Assembly: GCF_009914755.1 (NCBI RefSeq)
Contig: NC_060928.1
Length of the DNA: 64,000 bases
Strand: one strand, 5' to 3'
Source: the human T2T-CHM13v2.0 reference genome, Homo sapiens
The notes below the pieces were generated by a model that ran no database searches, was not told the origin of the DNA, and was given only the letters and a program-made list of their open reading frames with translations. The position numbers and the translations under genes are program-made. Shown here piece by piece: positions 1-12,385 of this stretch. How positions within the stretch are numbered: position 1 is the stretch's first letter; every line of letters begins with the position of its first letter.

Positions 1-502
1 ATGTGGAATCAGATACAAAAGTTGTGATACACATGTCATGGTTTTCTTTGTTCTGTGACAGTTATAACCCCTCAATTATTTAACCAAGAGGGAAAACGAG
101 CTGGAGCACCTCAGTGCAAATTAGCTGAGAGTGCAAATCAATGGCAACCTCTCAACTTGCTTGGCACTGTGTTCCCTACCTGCAAAAATTTATTTACTCA
201 ATAGAGACACATACAGAGCCTGGCATCACTTTGTACACATTTTTTTCTCTAAGTCTCTTTTGGTTATTTGACATTGTGGCCACTATTAGTTATGATTTTT
301 TTTCCTGGTTCAATGATGTGATTATTTGAAAACATCAGAACAACAGCCCCTGTCTTCTTTGGCAATTTCTGTCTTTGACTTTATTTTAGTGCTTTCTTCT
401 CCTTTCTTTCTCTCCCATTGTGTCTTCCATTAACTGGTGATGAACTCCTGGGGGAGATTTCTCAGGTGTAACCAGGGTTAGAGAAAGGACTGGCCTAACC
501 TA

Positions 503-907
<405 letters not shown>

Positions 908-1139
908 GACGGTGCACGGTTTCATTAAGCCTTACACTGCACAGGTGTATAAATTACAGAGGGCAGGACAGCTAAATCCAATGCTGTGTTCGAATCTTGT
1001 CTAGACTGGCATTTCAGTGTGGCACATAAGCACTTGACACATTTCTAAGCTGGTAACAGCCCCCTGGGTTCTCTCTTCCTTTCTCATTTGGTCAGTATTC
1101 ACTGGCAATATTTTTTCTTCTATCCCAAAGATCACAAAC

Positions 1140-1565
1140 CGGCTGTCACAAACTGGCTGTCTTTGAGCCAAAGCTGGTCCTCAGACATGTTTTATTCAGA
1201 CCGCACAGCTAAATTTTTTAGAAGTTGCCAAATTAAAATATCTGGAGATTTCACACACATGTACACATTTTCAGCTTTCCTTAAACAAACAAACAACCAA
1301 AAACACGCAAAAAAAGGAAGGGCAATACTAAGACTGGGCTGCACATGCATTCAGGCTCTTGGCGGGCCTCGTGGAGATCTGAGTTTGCCCCTCTTTTTCT
1401 GGTTAACATGCCCCTCCTCAACGTCTCCGACGCATCAGAGTTCAGGGATGTGAAGAAAAATTTTGAGATCTCTCATCTAAAGATTGCATTATTTGGAACT
1501 GTGAGTCTCCCTTCCCCATCGTTATCACATATACCAGCCAGCAAACCCTTTTATTACGCTGCTGA
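1140..1565 (+). mobile_element. hAT-Charlie DNA transposon relic (MER102/Charlie4-like)
   Basis: Degenerate CAAACTGGC...GCCAAAGCTGGTCCTCAGACATGTTTT...GGAGATTTCACA resembles the recalled Charlie-family terminal region. Boundaries are approximate. Confidence 0.45.
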
Positions 1566-1608
1566 TTTTACAACTGGGAAGACGGCAATCAGAAAAATAA
1601 AAAAGGGC

Positions 1609-1640
1609 TGTGGTTTCTCCCAGTTTCCTCTAGATGGCAG
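1609..1640 (+). promoter_or_regulatory. Candidate CTCF site
   Basis: CCTCTAGATGGCAG (1627-1640) fits the CTCF core CCRSYAGRKGGCRS at 13/14 positions. TGTGGTTTC upstream resembles the upstream motif. Confidence 0.45.
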
Positions 1641-2973
1641 TATTGTATTGGTATTATTTCCAATACTCCCGATCCCAGCTGCTTTCAAAATGTTAATTAC
1701 ATAATTTTTCAGTGGGAATAATCTTTGTTTCTAAATTTATTACAGTATTTTTTCAATAATGTCAAATTTATCAGTAAGCAGGTAGAGTCCACAAAGCTGC
1801 AGTTTTAAGAGAACAGAACGACCGACTTTTTACCCCTCCTTGGAACTTCCCGAGTTAATGAGTAGAAACAGAACATATTGCAACGTATAATTGTCACGAT
1901 TATGCGGGCTGTTCATTTAGCGTTTTCGTGTGCACATGCATTCAGCTGCCACATCTGCAGTGCACGTTGGAAAAATAGCCCCTTCTCTGTGCAGTTGGAA
2001 ACATCGACTGTTTCTCATTTGGAGCAATTTCTTTATTTTGTTTTGTGGATAATGAATGTTACCCACAAATATGGGAAGCAAGGAAGCAGAAACACAGTTT
2101 GTATTACGAGGAGGCTCTTAGAGATATCCACATACACAAGTAGACAAATGTGAGCTGCGTGTCGGCCTCATACAAAAACAAAGCAGGTACTGTGAAAGGG
2201 AAGTTGTGTGTGTTAATGAGATTAATGGTTTCAGAACAAATCCGTTTCAGAGCAGCTAATTAAATATTTCGTTTTGAGTTATTTGGTGTAATTTTCTTTG
2301 GTACTCGACAAATACTAAGTATTTAATTTTATCTTCCAGCACAACCCATTAATATTTCACTGGTTGAATTCTTTGCTGTGGTGCTTTGGGTTTTGAAACA
2401 CCTTTTGAGTACTGGTTAATCCACTTGACAGCCGAAGGTGAACAGGGACTCTGCAGTTCTCTGTTATGAAAGCCTGGTCAATTTCATCTTGGCCCCATCT
2501 AAGTAGGAGTTAAGTTTTGTGTTTTTATCACCTTGGTTCCATCCTAAAACGTTAGAGTTGGAAAAGCTCCACAAGGACCTCTCCCAGCCAGGGTTCAAGT
2601 GTTACAGTTGCTGCATAAACTTGCTCAGGGATGGGAATGTTGTGGTTGGCATTGTGTCAACGTAAAGATGGCCCCACTGAGGGGTAGGGCTAACCGTTGG
2701 GCCATTTTTCCCCATGGTGAGCCCAGCTCAGCGCAGCGGTGGGAAATGCAGTCAGGGAGGGGAACAGGGCTGTTCACGCAGAGGTCTGTGGGAAATTCTG
2801 AGGAGCTGATGTCCTTCTCAGCACAGCCCTCCAGGCAGGTGCTATGATTTCCTCAGAAATGGCACATGAGAGGAAACCTCTCTGCCTCGACTTAACCCAG
2901 GTGCAAAGTCTGCCATGACCTGGCCCTTCTATTATGAGAAAGACAGCCTTACTTCTACTGAACCCTGACTCCT

Positions 2974-3759
2974 TGTAGGTAAGTGCACATGATAGCAATA
3001 ATTTAAGTGTACCCTGAGAAGGACTCTGTATGGCAGATGCACCTGAATGTGAGTTCTGGGCTAGGGAATCCAGGAGTGGCGAACTCGGAGATTTGTTCCA
3101 TGTCTATCAGGAACATCTGAGCCCCTGGCCCACGCCATGGAACACGGGGATTCAGGCCCTGAGTTTTGGGTTGAGTGAGGATTGCCAGGTGGAGGTTGTT
3201 AGGGAGAAGGTGTTAAGTAGAAATGCTACGTGAACTGCGGGCTTTTTGCAAGGAGCTGTGGTTTTCCTGCCTAGCCGCCACCACTTTACTGTAGGGAAGG
3301 CCGATATCTTGCCCAGCCCACGGCCACTGGACCCTCTCCCCTGTATGTAAGCCTCCAGTAAAATCTCATGGGCTGGGTGCGGTGGCTCACGCATGTAATC
3401 CCAGCACTTTGGGAGGCAGAGGCAGGCAGATCACTTGAGGTCAGGAGTTCGAGACCAGCCTTGCTAACATGGTAAAACTCCATCTCTACAAAAATGCAAA
3501 AATTAGCTGGGCATGGTGGTGCACGCTTGTAATCCCAGCTACTCAGGAGGCTGCAGCAGGAGAATTGCTTGAACCTAGGAGGTGGAGGCTTCAGTGAGCC
3601 GAGAGGGCACCACTTGCTCCAGCCTGGGCAACAGAGGGAGATTCTGTCTCAAAAAACCCCCCCAAAATCTCATGTTTTGTTTGCTGGCGCTGGGTCTCCT
3701 CTCCAGCCTCTTGAATCTGGTACCTTCCCCACTAGAGTCAATAGGGTTTCAGTGCGACA
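2974..3759 (+). mobile_element. ERVL solo LTR (LTR47/MER68-like), interrupted by an Alu
   Basis: TG...CA termini and perfect 5-bp TSD CTCCT (2969-2973 / 3760-3764). Homologous to the LTR at 18602-19023. Confidence 0.8.
3371..3663 (+). mobile_element. AluS inserted in the LTR
   Basis: Full Alu. TSD AAAATCTCATG (3360-3370 / 3664-3674). Confidence 0.95.
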
Positions 3760-4314
3760 CTCCTCTCTACCCCTAAGTTAAATGCCCTGAATCTTAGATG
3801 GTTTTCCCATTGTTCCACTATGGCCATACCCCACTTCCCACAGCCTATATGGACTCTGGCCTGTGGTTCCAGTTGGGCGACACTCATATTAGATGTCTAG
3901 AAAAATCTCATTAAGTAACCTTTGCTCTCAGTCATCTCCCCTGTTAGCAAGAGCAGCCCAACATGGAGAAGCAGCCCAATCTTGTCACAGAGTCTCCTCC
4001 CTCACCCCTGACCAGGGATCATGCTGACCCATCCACACTGTTCCTGGCCCTTCCAGACGCCCTTCTCACCTCCTCCCCACCACCCTCCCCCTTCTGCATC
4101 CTTCAGGACCCATGTCGAATCTGTGTGTCTCTCACCAAGCCTACCTGGACACACCTCTGTCTCCATGACAGAATTTCTCCTCCCACTCAGTGCCTCCAGT
4201 GCCCAGCTCCACCCCATTAGCAATCATTCCAAAGATTTCCCTGATAGGCATGGGGCCTGGTGATCTTTTTGTCCAGGTTTTCATAGGCCTCAGCTCCAGG
4301 TAAATGGATTCTGA

Positions 4315-4563
<249 letters not shown>

Positions 4564-5079
4564 GGAGCATTTAAAATTCTGACAATCTTTCTAGTTACAA
4601 GAAAAATTTGAAGACAAGTCACCTTTTATACATAGCATGTATTTTCAACACTATAGCCTTTGGCTAATGAGAACTTGTTATGGGAAGCACCAGATCTTTA
4701 TTTCCACCTGGGGACAATCTCCTCTCACCTCAGGTCTGGAGGCCCCATGTGAAATCAAGCTCTCTTGTCAAAGTGCTCGCTGTGTAATCGGCAGAATTTG
4801 CAAAAGTTGAATGGCTGGAGGGAGCAGGACGGGAAGAACTGGGCTGAGAGGTAGGTCAGTGGAGAGACGTCCTGTGTTTAGACTTACATAGGTATTTTCT
4901 GAGAAGATAAAAGAGGCCATTCAGTTAGAGGGAATAGTATACGTAAGACGTGGAATTTGAAACAGCTGTCTAGGTACACCCTTTGCTTCTAGGCTCAGCT
5001 ACGTTCCTGCCTTTTTCAGAAAGCTTTCCCAGATCATCTCAGGCCACAGTGACTTTCACTGTTGTTAACTGTCTTGTTC

Positions 5080-5365
<286 letters not shown>

Positions 5366-6379
5366 TACTTGTCTCATTCTTACCGAGTGAGACACAGGAT
5401 AGGAGACAGGAGGGCCGTGGAGACTGGTTGCCTCCTCCATATCTGGCCCAGGCCCTGGGATTGTGCTTAAGCACTGCTCAGAGCCTGAGATCCTGAGGTC
5501 CTGTGGGGGGAATCCAGGATGAGTGCAATAAGCATTTCCAGGTTGCCAGCTTCTTATAGATTCTGCAGCAAAGGAAAAGATGTTTCTTCTGAAAATGTAA
5601 AAGGTGAAAAAAAGTGCTCAAGTTTCTCTTGGTGGAAACAAAGGGGAGTTTGCTCAAATATTATTTTGCCTTTTCGGCATGTAAAGTGTCGTTGTTCTGC
5701 AGAATGGGGTTTTTAATATTTGATAAGATGTTGAGAACACCGCATGGCGTCAACTCTGAATTGTTGGGCTCGGTTCAAAGGCTTGTATAAATATTTCTAA
5801 AGGAGAGCCATATTAAAGAGTCCGGTTTCCCCGTTTTGTGCTTTAACTTTATTTACACATAAATCTTGAGAAGAATTCTTCTTTTTCAACTTCACGTTCC
5901 TCCCAACTCTAATGCCGGCTTTTTTTATGGACGAGAAATCTGGCCGATTTGTATTCCTCCAGTATCTACAACAATAAAACCACTCTCGTTACTGAATAAA
6001 ATTTAAAAACTATCTCCCAATTGTGCAGTTGGGTTGGATGAAATCTATTATGTTTGCCCTACTACACTGTGATAAGTGACAGAAAGGGGGCTTTTGGGGT
6101 CCCAGGGGATTTTGACACCCCAAATGCTAAGTAGAGCTGCAACGATGTAAGGATCTCTTATTATTATGGAAAATGTGGAGGTCGCCGAACTGAGGTGGGC
6201 ACACACCCTTAATGTGACCAGGCTTGTGTTAGCTCAGATTAGTCATACCATGCCTTCAATGCAGAAGGTCACAGAGGTCCAAATTTGCAGAGAAAAAGCG
6301 TATTTCTTCATTTATGAATATCTTTAAAGAAAATGTTTCTGATCTGTGCACATGTGCGTGTATCAGAAAGCATGCATTC

Positions 6380-6405
6380 TGTGTGTGTGTGTGTGTGTGT
6401 GTGTG
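6380..6405. repeat. (TG)n microsatellite
   Basis: Pure TG run. Confidence 0.95.
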
Positions 6406-6582
6406 AAGCCCACTCATCTTACCAACAGGGCTATCCTTATTGTGGTTCACACTGCTGAGCGTGTGTATTGCACATGTGAGTATATCTGTAATTTGTGTGT
6501 CTGTGTCTCCCTGGTCATATATAAGTACAGCTCTGTGGATGAACAGCTGCTGATTCTTGCTTTTTCTGCTGCTCTCTTTAGA

Positions 6583-6680
6583 ACTGGAAGGTGGTCACCT
6601 CCCCACCCCACCACTGGAAGGTGGACACCTCTCCCTCACCACTGAAATGTGGTCACCTTCCTCCAACTGGAAGGTCGCCT
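6583..6680 (+). repeat. Degenerate minisatellite, ~4 copies of ACTGGAAGGTGGTCACCT+C-rich spacer (unit ~25-30 bp)
   Basis: ACTGGAAGGTGGTCACCT, ACTGGAAGGTGGACACCT, ACTGAAATGTGGTCACCT, ACTGGAAGGTCGCCT. Confidence 0.8.
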
Positions 6681-8117
6681 TCTAGTGACCTTGTGCTTTG
6701 TCTTGCTATCTCACCACTTTTCCTGATTCCTGCTTGGTGAGGGAATGTGTTAAGCTAGGGCTGACTTAGAGTTCGAACATGTTTTCTATCCCCGGAGCCA
6801 TTACTGTTCTGAATTAAGCCCCAAGACATTGCCACGTGGGGGCAATTAATAATCATCTCTTTTTGATTGCCCAAAGTGTATTTGATTCAAAATAAAATTC
6901 AGGTGAAGGTACATTTCTTCCCCTAAGAGCAGGGAATTATAGCAATACTGTTGTGCTGAGCAGGGCTCAGAATGGGTAGATATTTGAAGATTTGCTTCTG
7001 GTTTTTCTCCAGCCAGTTACAGGGAAGGGCTGGTGGATAATTTAGGTGCTGGCTAGTCCTTCTCTGGTACTTTTGTGGCTTAGGCACCTGGTTGGTGACT
7101 TAGACCAAGAACCTCCCTGCTGAAGATGCAAAAACATTCTTCATGGTGTAAGAAGTGGAGTCGAAAAAGATGTTAAATTTATTACTCTCTTATTGTTTTC
7201 CCCAAATAGTCTTATTTGCTCATAAGGGAAGATGTTTTTCAACTTGGTTCATGAAATGGGTGGTCTTTGAAAAATCAGACTCAGTAGATAACTGCTGTCT
7301 TATATTGGGTCACTTAATTCTTAACAAGTCATTAACACACCAAATTTGGGAAGAATTCTTGAAAGAGAACATTGGTAGAGAGCTGGCATTTCTGTTTGCT
7401 TCTTACAGGATCTCCTTTTTAATGCTTCATTTCCAAATGGGTCAGAAAAAAATGGAGTCGTCTCCAAAAGGTATATGTGTTAATTCATTATCCACTAGTT
7501 GCTGTTTCTCAGGTGTCTGCCAAACTTTGCACTCTATGTGGTACATATTTTAGAAACTTACATATACACTAACGTTGGCGGTCACCCGGGGATCCAGCCA
7601 AAGCCAGCAAATCCTTCGGCAGTGTCACATGTTCATCCTCTCATGGGTTCTTTGGTTCCACATTTATGTCCCCTTTTGGTAGCAATTTGTTTTATCATCA
7701 TCCATCAATTACTTTTGTCCCTTGGAACATAGAGTAAGTTTCTTATGTGGCCAATGTCTGGAAGATTTTCTTCTAAAATAGGGTTGTGTATGATTTGATG
7801 AATGCTTTGTAAATATTTGAAATTATAGGATTGGGTTATAAACAAATGACTGGTTCTAACTCCCTGGTGAATGTGCATATGCAAATCAGCTATGATTCCC
7901 GCCCTGCCCCCACTCCAAGGCTGTGCTTTTATTTCTATCTCTGTTACCTTATAGTCAATATAGATTCTTCTTCCCTTTAAATTATTCATCATCAATGTAA
8001 AGGACCAGTTGTCACTAACTTTTATACAAAGCAGCCTCTAACCTTAGTCAAATATAGCTGGATAAGCAACCTGCGGTGGGAACACAGAGGAAGAAGTTGC
8101 AAGGGGGATAAAACAGA

Positions 8118-8270
8118 ATTAACATTTACTGGCTACCAACTCTGTTCCAAGTGCTTTATGTAGGTTGTTTCATTTCTTGTTCACAATGTTATCAGATGCA
8201 AGCGGTGAAACTCAGAAGTTAAGTCTTTTACCGAGGGCTGTGTGGTCGCAGAGACGAGATTCAAACCAGT
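8118..8270 (-). mobile_element. MIR relic
   Basis: AACATTTACTG...AAGTGCTTTA...GAAACTCAGAAGTTAAG...GAGATTCAAACC matches antisense MIR core features. Confidence 0.65.
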
Positions 8271-9431
8271 AAAATATAGCTTTGGAATATGATCGAGAGG
8301 ATTTAGCAGGTGAAGGCAGATGGGAGGGACAAGGATGGGCTGAAGATGATAAATTTGAGCCAGTAATGAGCCATTAGTTAAAACACGTGTAAGGACATAC
8401 TTCCACCTCTCACACACAGACATGCAAGATTAATCTCAGGACCCAGGAACAAAAAAAGCAGTGTTGTGGCTCACAGTGAGGGAAAGTAAGAAAAGATGCT
8501 GGTGTAGTCCCGTGGGAATCTCACCATGTGAGCCAACAGCTGCCAGCTGCAGGCCAGTCCTCAGGCACAATGATACACTTGTCCCCTGGCCCTCTAGTGC
8601 CCCTGTCTGCCTGAGATCCCCTTTTACAACACGCCATGATCTGGACCCATGGTGGACTCTACTCTTCTAACTCCTGTTCCACCATCATTGTCTTCTTCCT
8701 TTGAGACCTGGGGCATTTGGGTCTACCAGGAAGCCTTAATTAGATTGCTTCCTAGACAGTTCTGATTTGCACCCTAAGCTTCTGGGAGTGGGAATCATAA
8801 GGTACCCAGGCAGAGCCTGACACTGGGCCTGGCACACAGACCTGAAGAGAGAGAGAGAAAAGGAATTCATTGAATGTTTCATTCCAGGCCGCAGGCTTTG
8901 GATCCATCCTCCAAGAGCCCCAGAACCAGGCCTTCAGCAAAGTATGTGCTCAATAAACATTTGATGAAAGAGGGAATGAATGAAGGACAGATGAAGTTCC
9001 GTCAGTCTGCACAACCCGAACCGCATCGAATCAAGAGTGTTTCTCCAAGTTCTAAACGTTGCAGAATTTTCTTCCCTCGAGTTGACCCTGAAAGTGACCA
9101 TGTGCAAGAAGAGCTCCTTACCAGCTCCTGGATTTTTGTGTCCTCTGAAGTGCCTATTCTCATTCACCAGGGGTAGCTGCAGCTGGTTTTGTGCAACTCA
9201 GAAGGCTGGCCCTGGCTCTCATTACCTGACCATGGGGATATTAGTTAAAACACAGGTTTTAACTAGACCCCACAGTGTCTAAGTTTTCGATGGGCTTTGT
9301 AGCTATTTCGACGTGACAGGTTCTCCCTTCCCTTTACAAAAATAAACCCACTAAGATTGGTTTGGTTTGTATGTGTGGAAAAACACACATTTAGGGAAGA
9401 ACTCCTTTCGGAAACAGATTGGAAACGGTGA

Positions 9432-9616
9432 CTGAAAGTGATCGCGCAGGCTCCTCCGTGGTCAGGGGCTTTCCCTGAGAATTTGTTCAGCTGCTAAGGG
9501 AAGTGGACCCCGGGAGAGCTGCGTGCTGGGGTAAGTGCATTCTGTTCAGAAAAGACAGTCTGCATGTATCTCCTAACTGGATTTTGCTGTGAAAATACGC
9601 GGCCCTGGTGGGGACA
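9432..9616 (+). repeat. Copy A of a dispersed ~180-bp local duplication
   Basis: Aligns to 11785-11951 (CTGAAAGTGATCGC...GCTTTCCCTGAGAATTTGTTCAG...AAGTGCATTCTGTT...TTGCTGTGAAAATAC...CCCTGGTGG). Confidence 0.9.
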
Positions 9617-10021
9617 ACACATGCTTCCCTCCTCCTTTCTGAGTCCTGCTTTCGCGTGCGGTGGGCAGCGGCACCCTGTTTCAGCTTGGTGAGTGCATAT
9701 TCTCCCCGAGTAAGTGACGTCTCTGTGAACAAAATGCAAGATAAGTGCAATTAGAACCAGCTCTTCTTGGACACCCGAACACTAAATTTTCAAATCAACA
9801 CTAAACCCAAAAGCGGAATAGTAAAAATGAAGCCCCCACCCCACCCCCGGCCCCCCCATGAAATGAAACAGCAAAATCCTCATGGTTGATTCAGTAAACA
9901 CAGACTTTCCTGAAATGGCCGGAACCCAGCTCCGAGGAATTCCGCTGCCACTGTGAGAGAGGCACCCAAAATGACGAGTGAGGTCTACGGAGCTGGGAGG
10001 GTGTCCAGTGAGTTTGACAAC

Positions 10022-10208
10022 ACAGTGACCTTGGGCAGACGGTTAATGTCATTTTGTTTTCATTTACCCACTTCACACATCCGTTAAAGATGCGTAATAA
10101 CCCATCCTCATCTCATGTGGGGGCTGAGGATTAATTAATAAGTGATTCTAAATTACTTGGCTCTCCTCGGAGGAAACGCATTCCATAAGTGCAAAGAATT
10201 GTTATTAT
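10022..10208 (+). mobile_element. Ancient CORE-SINE (MIR3/MIR1_Amn-like)
   Basis: GTGACCTTGGGCA...TGAGGATTAATTAAT...TCCTCGGA...ATAAGTGCAAAGAATTGTTATTA 3' tail. Confidence 0.6.
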
Positions 10209-10649
10209 CGAGCAATTCAGCTAGCTCGGAAGCAATAATGACTTTAGGGAGGCTGTTGAACACATGCTGTGGTCTTTCCAGGCTGGAAACCAAAGGTTAA
10301 GGTACTATAGGGCACTTTATTTCCCGCTCCGCCCCGCTATAAAACAAGGCATTCTCCCCCACACAACGTCTACCCCGCTGATGACATTCCATCCTCTCAG
10401 TGATTAAAATAGACCTCTTCCTTGATTCAGACTGGAAATTCACAATGGGGCTGAGTGGTATTTCACAGAGATGATTCCCAGAGCAACTGGCCCACAAGAT
10501 GCCCCAAACCAAAAGGGCTTTGTGGCTACCTAAGTTGTGGGGACCCTACACATTACGCCTTCTTCTTGGAGACTGATCATCTACTTCCTTGTATTAAAGT
10601 CCTGCAAGGGGCTTGAAAAACATGTTGAACTTTATTTGCCTTACTCTTT

Positions 10650-11145
10650 CCCAAAATGTTTGCGAAAGTCGCCATGATTCCACTCTGTGAATGCCGCCCC
10701 ATTGGAATGTGGGTTTGTGGCTTCTCTCTTCAGGAGCAGAGTCTGTTTCTCTGTCCTCTGAAGTGGAGTGGGCCCTGTGACTCACTTTGTGCAGTAGAAT
10801 ATGGCAAAAATGACATGATAGCAATTCTGAGCCCGGCCCTCAAAAGATTTGGCAGCTTTTGTTTACACCCTTGGAACTCTGCCAGCTTCTATGGGAGCAA
10901 GCCTGGGTAATCTTCTGGAAGATGAGAGAAATGTGGCCCAGTATCCCCACTGTCCCGGCCACCAGACGTGCACCCTGAGAAATGGAGCCACCTGACTTAT
11001 TGGAAGCCGACCACAGACACACAAGAAGGACCAGCTGAGCACAGCCCAAATTGCTGACCTTGAGAACTGTGAGCCAAGTAAACAGTTGTTGCTTTAGGCA
11101 CTAATTTTTGAGTGGTTTCTTACGCAGCCATAGATTAATGATACA
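10650..11145 (+). mobile_element. MaLR LTR (MLT1F/G-like)
   Basis: GCCCTGTGACTCACTTTG...AGAATATGGCA, and 3' end GCAGCCATAGATTAATGATACA. The 5' boundary is approximate. Confidence 0.7.
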
Positions 11146-11335
11146 ATGGTGGCGGCCATTTTAAAAATTCCCTTTAATAGTCCCAGATCTATACATTGGG
11201 ATAATAAATTGGTGATGCATATATTATTTACTAATACCATTGGCTGTGGTCAGCTCAATACCATTACTGCGTCTTTGTCCACTCTCTTCTGCATTGCAAG
11301 GAAGAATCAGGGACTACTTAAATGCCCCCCAGTTC

Positions 11336-11613
11336 TTTTTTTTATTATACTTTAAATTTTAGGGTACATGTGCACAATGTGCAGGTTTGTTACATATGTA
11401 TACATGTGCCATGTTGGTGTGCTGCACCCATTAACTCGTCATTTAATGCTATCCCTCCCCCCTCCCCCCACCCCACAACAGGCCCCGGTGTGTGATGTTC
11501 CCCTTCCTGTGTCCATGTGTTCTCATTGTTCAATTCCCACCTATGAGTGAGAACATGTGGTGTTTGTTTTTTTGTCCTTGCGATAGTTTGCTGAGAATGA
11601 TGGTTTCCAGCTT
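11336..11613 (-). mobile_element. 5'-truncated L1PA (PA4/5-like) 3' end
   Basis: TTATTATACTTTAAATTTTAGGGTACATGTGCAC... L1 3'UTR, with a small internal deletion in the 3'UTR. Confidence 0.93.
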
Positions 11614-11784
11614 GGTTTTGGGTTATATTCAGCCAATCAGAGGCACTGGAATGAGGTCTGGAAAGTGGAAGAACAGGTGAAGCTATATCATCCTTCAGGG
11701 TTACTGTCAGCAGAAGTGTGGGATCATCATGGGGTTTGCAGCAGCTTCTGGGTGAGCCTGCAGGAATCACTCACCGAACAATAC

Positions 11785-11951
11785 CTGAAAGTGATCGCAA
11801 AGGCTCATCTGTAGCCAGTAGCTTTCCCTGAGAATTTGTTCAGGGAAGGAGAGCTGAGTGTTGGTTTAAGTGCATTCTGTTTAGAAAAGCAAATCTGCAT
11901 TTATCTTCTAATTGGATGTTGCTGTGAAAATACACCTCCCTGGTGGTGACA
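11785..11951 (+). repeat. Copy B of the dispersed duplication
   Basis: Roughly 80% similar to 9432-9616 by eye, with two short deletions and CpG loss. Confidence 0.9.
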
Positions 11952-12182
11952 CCAGGGACTGCCTACTGCTTCTCCACGGCTCTGGCACTTCATGGGTTCA
12001 GGAACTCAAGCAGTTGCTTCGCTGGCCTCTGCTTCCCCAGGCCTTCCAAAGGGTGTGAAAGCCTCTGGTAGAAAAGACTTCCAATTACATCAGAAATTAG
12101 AATGCCATGACTGTTATAATACAGGACCTTCTGGGGTCTAGCGGGCCTCTGTGATTGATGGCCCTGCAGAACCAGTTGGGGG

Positions 12183-12385
12183 CTCAGCCTTGCTACTTTT
12201 TAGCTCAGTGACCTATGGAAATTCCCAGATCTCTTGCATCATTTTTACATATGATTTTCCTCACGTGTGAAATGGGGATGGCAATTCTTTCCCCACAGTG
12301 GTTGTCATGAGGAATAGATGAGGTCCATGTCTGCAGTGTTTGTAACACATCCTCACTCTCTAAATAGCAGGCAGTTGTCTATTAG
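12183..12385 (+). mobile_element. MIR relic
   Basis: GTGACCT...TTTTCCTCACGTGTGAAATGGGGATG...GTTGTCATGAGGA. Confidence 0.65.

Larger units (their letters stand above)
11230..12100 (-). mobile_element. Old ERVL-type LTR relic (LTR33/LTR16-like), split by an L1 and by duplication copy B
   Basis: TTCAGCCAATCAGAGGCACTGG and CCTTCCAAAGGGTGTGAAAGCCTCT motifs. Boundaries are uncertain. Confidence 0.45.

Noticed and set aside
6583-6680. Repeat-spacer pattern resembling a CRISPR array
   Set aside because: The repeats are degenerate, the spacers are short and C-rich, there are no cas genes, and the DNA is primate. It is a minisatellite.
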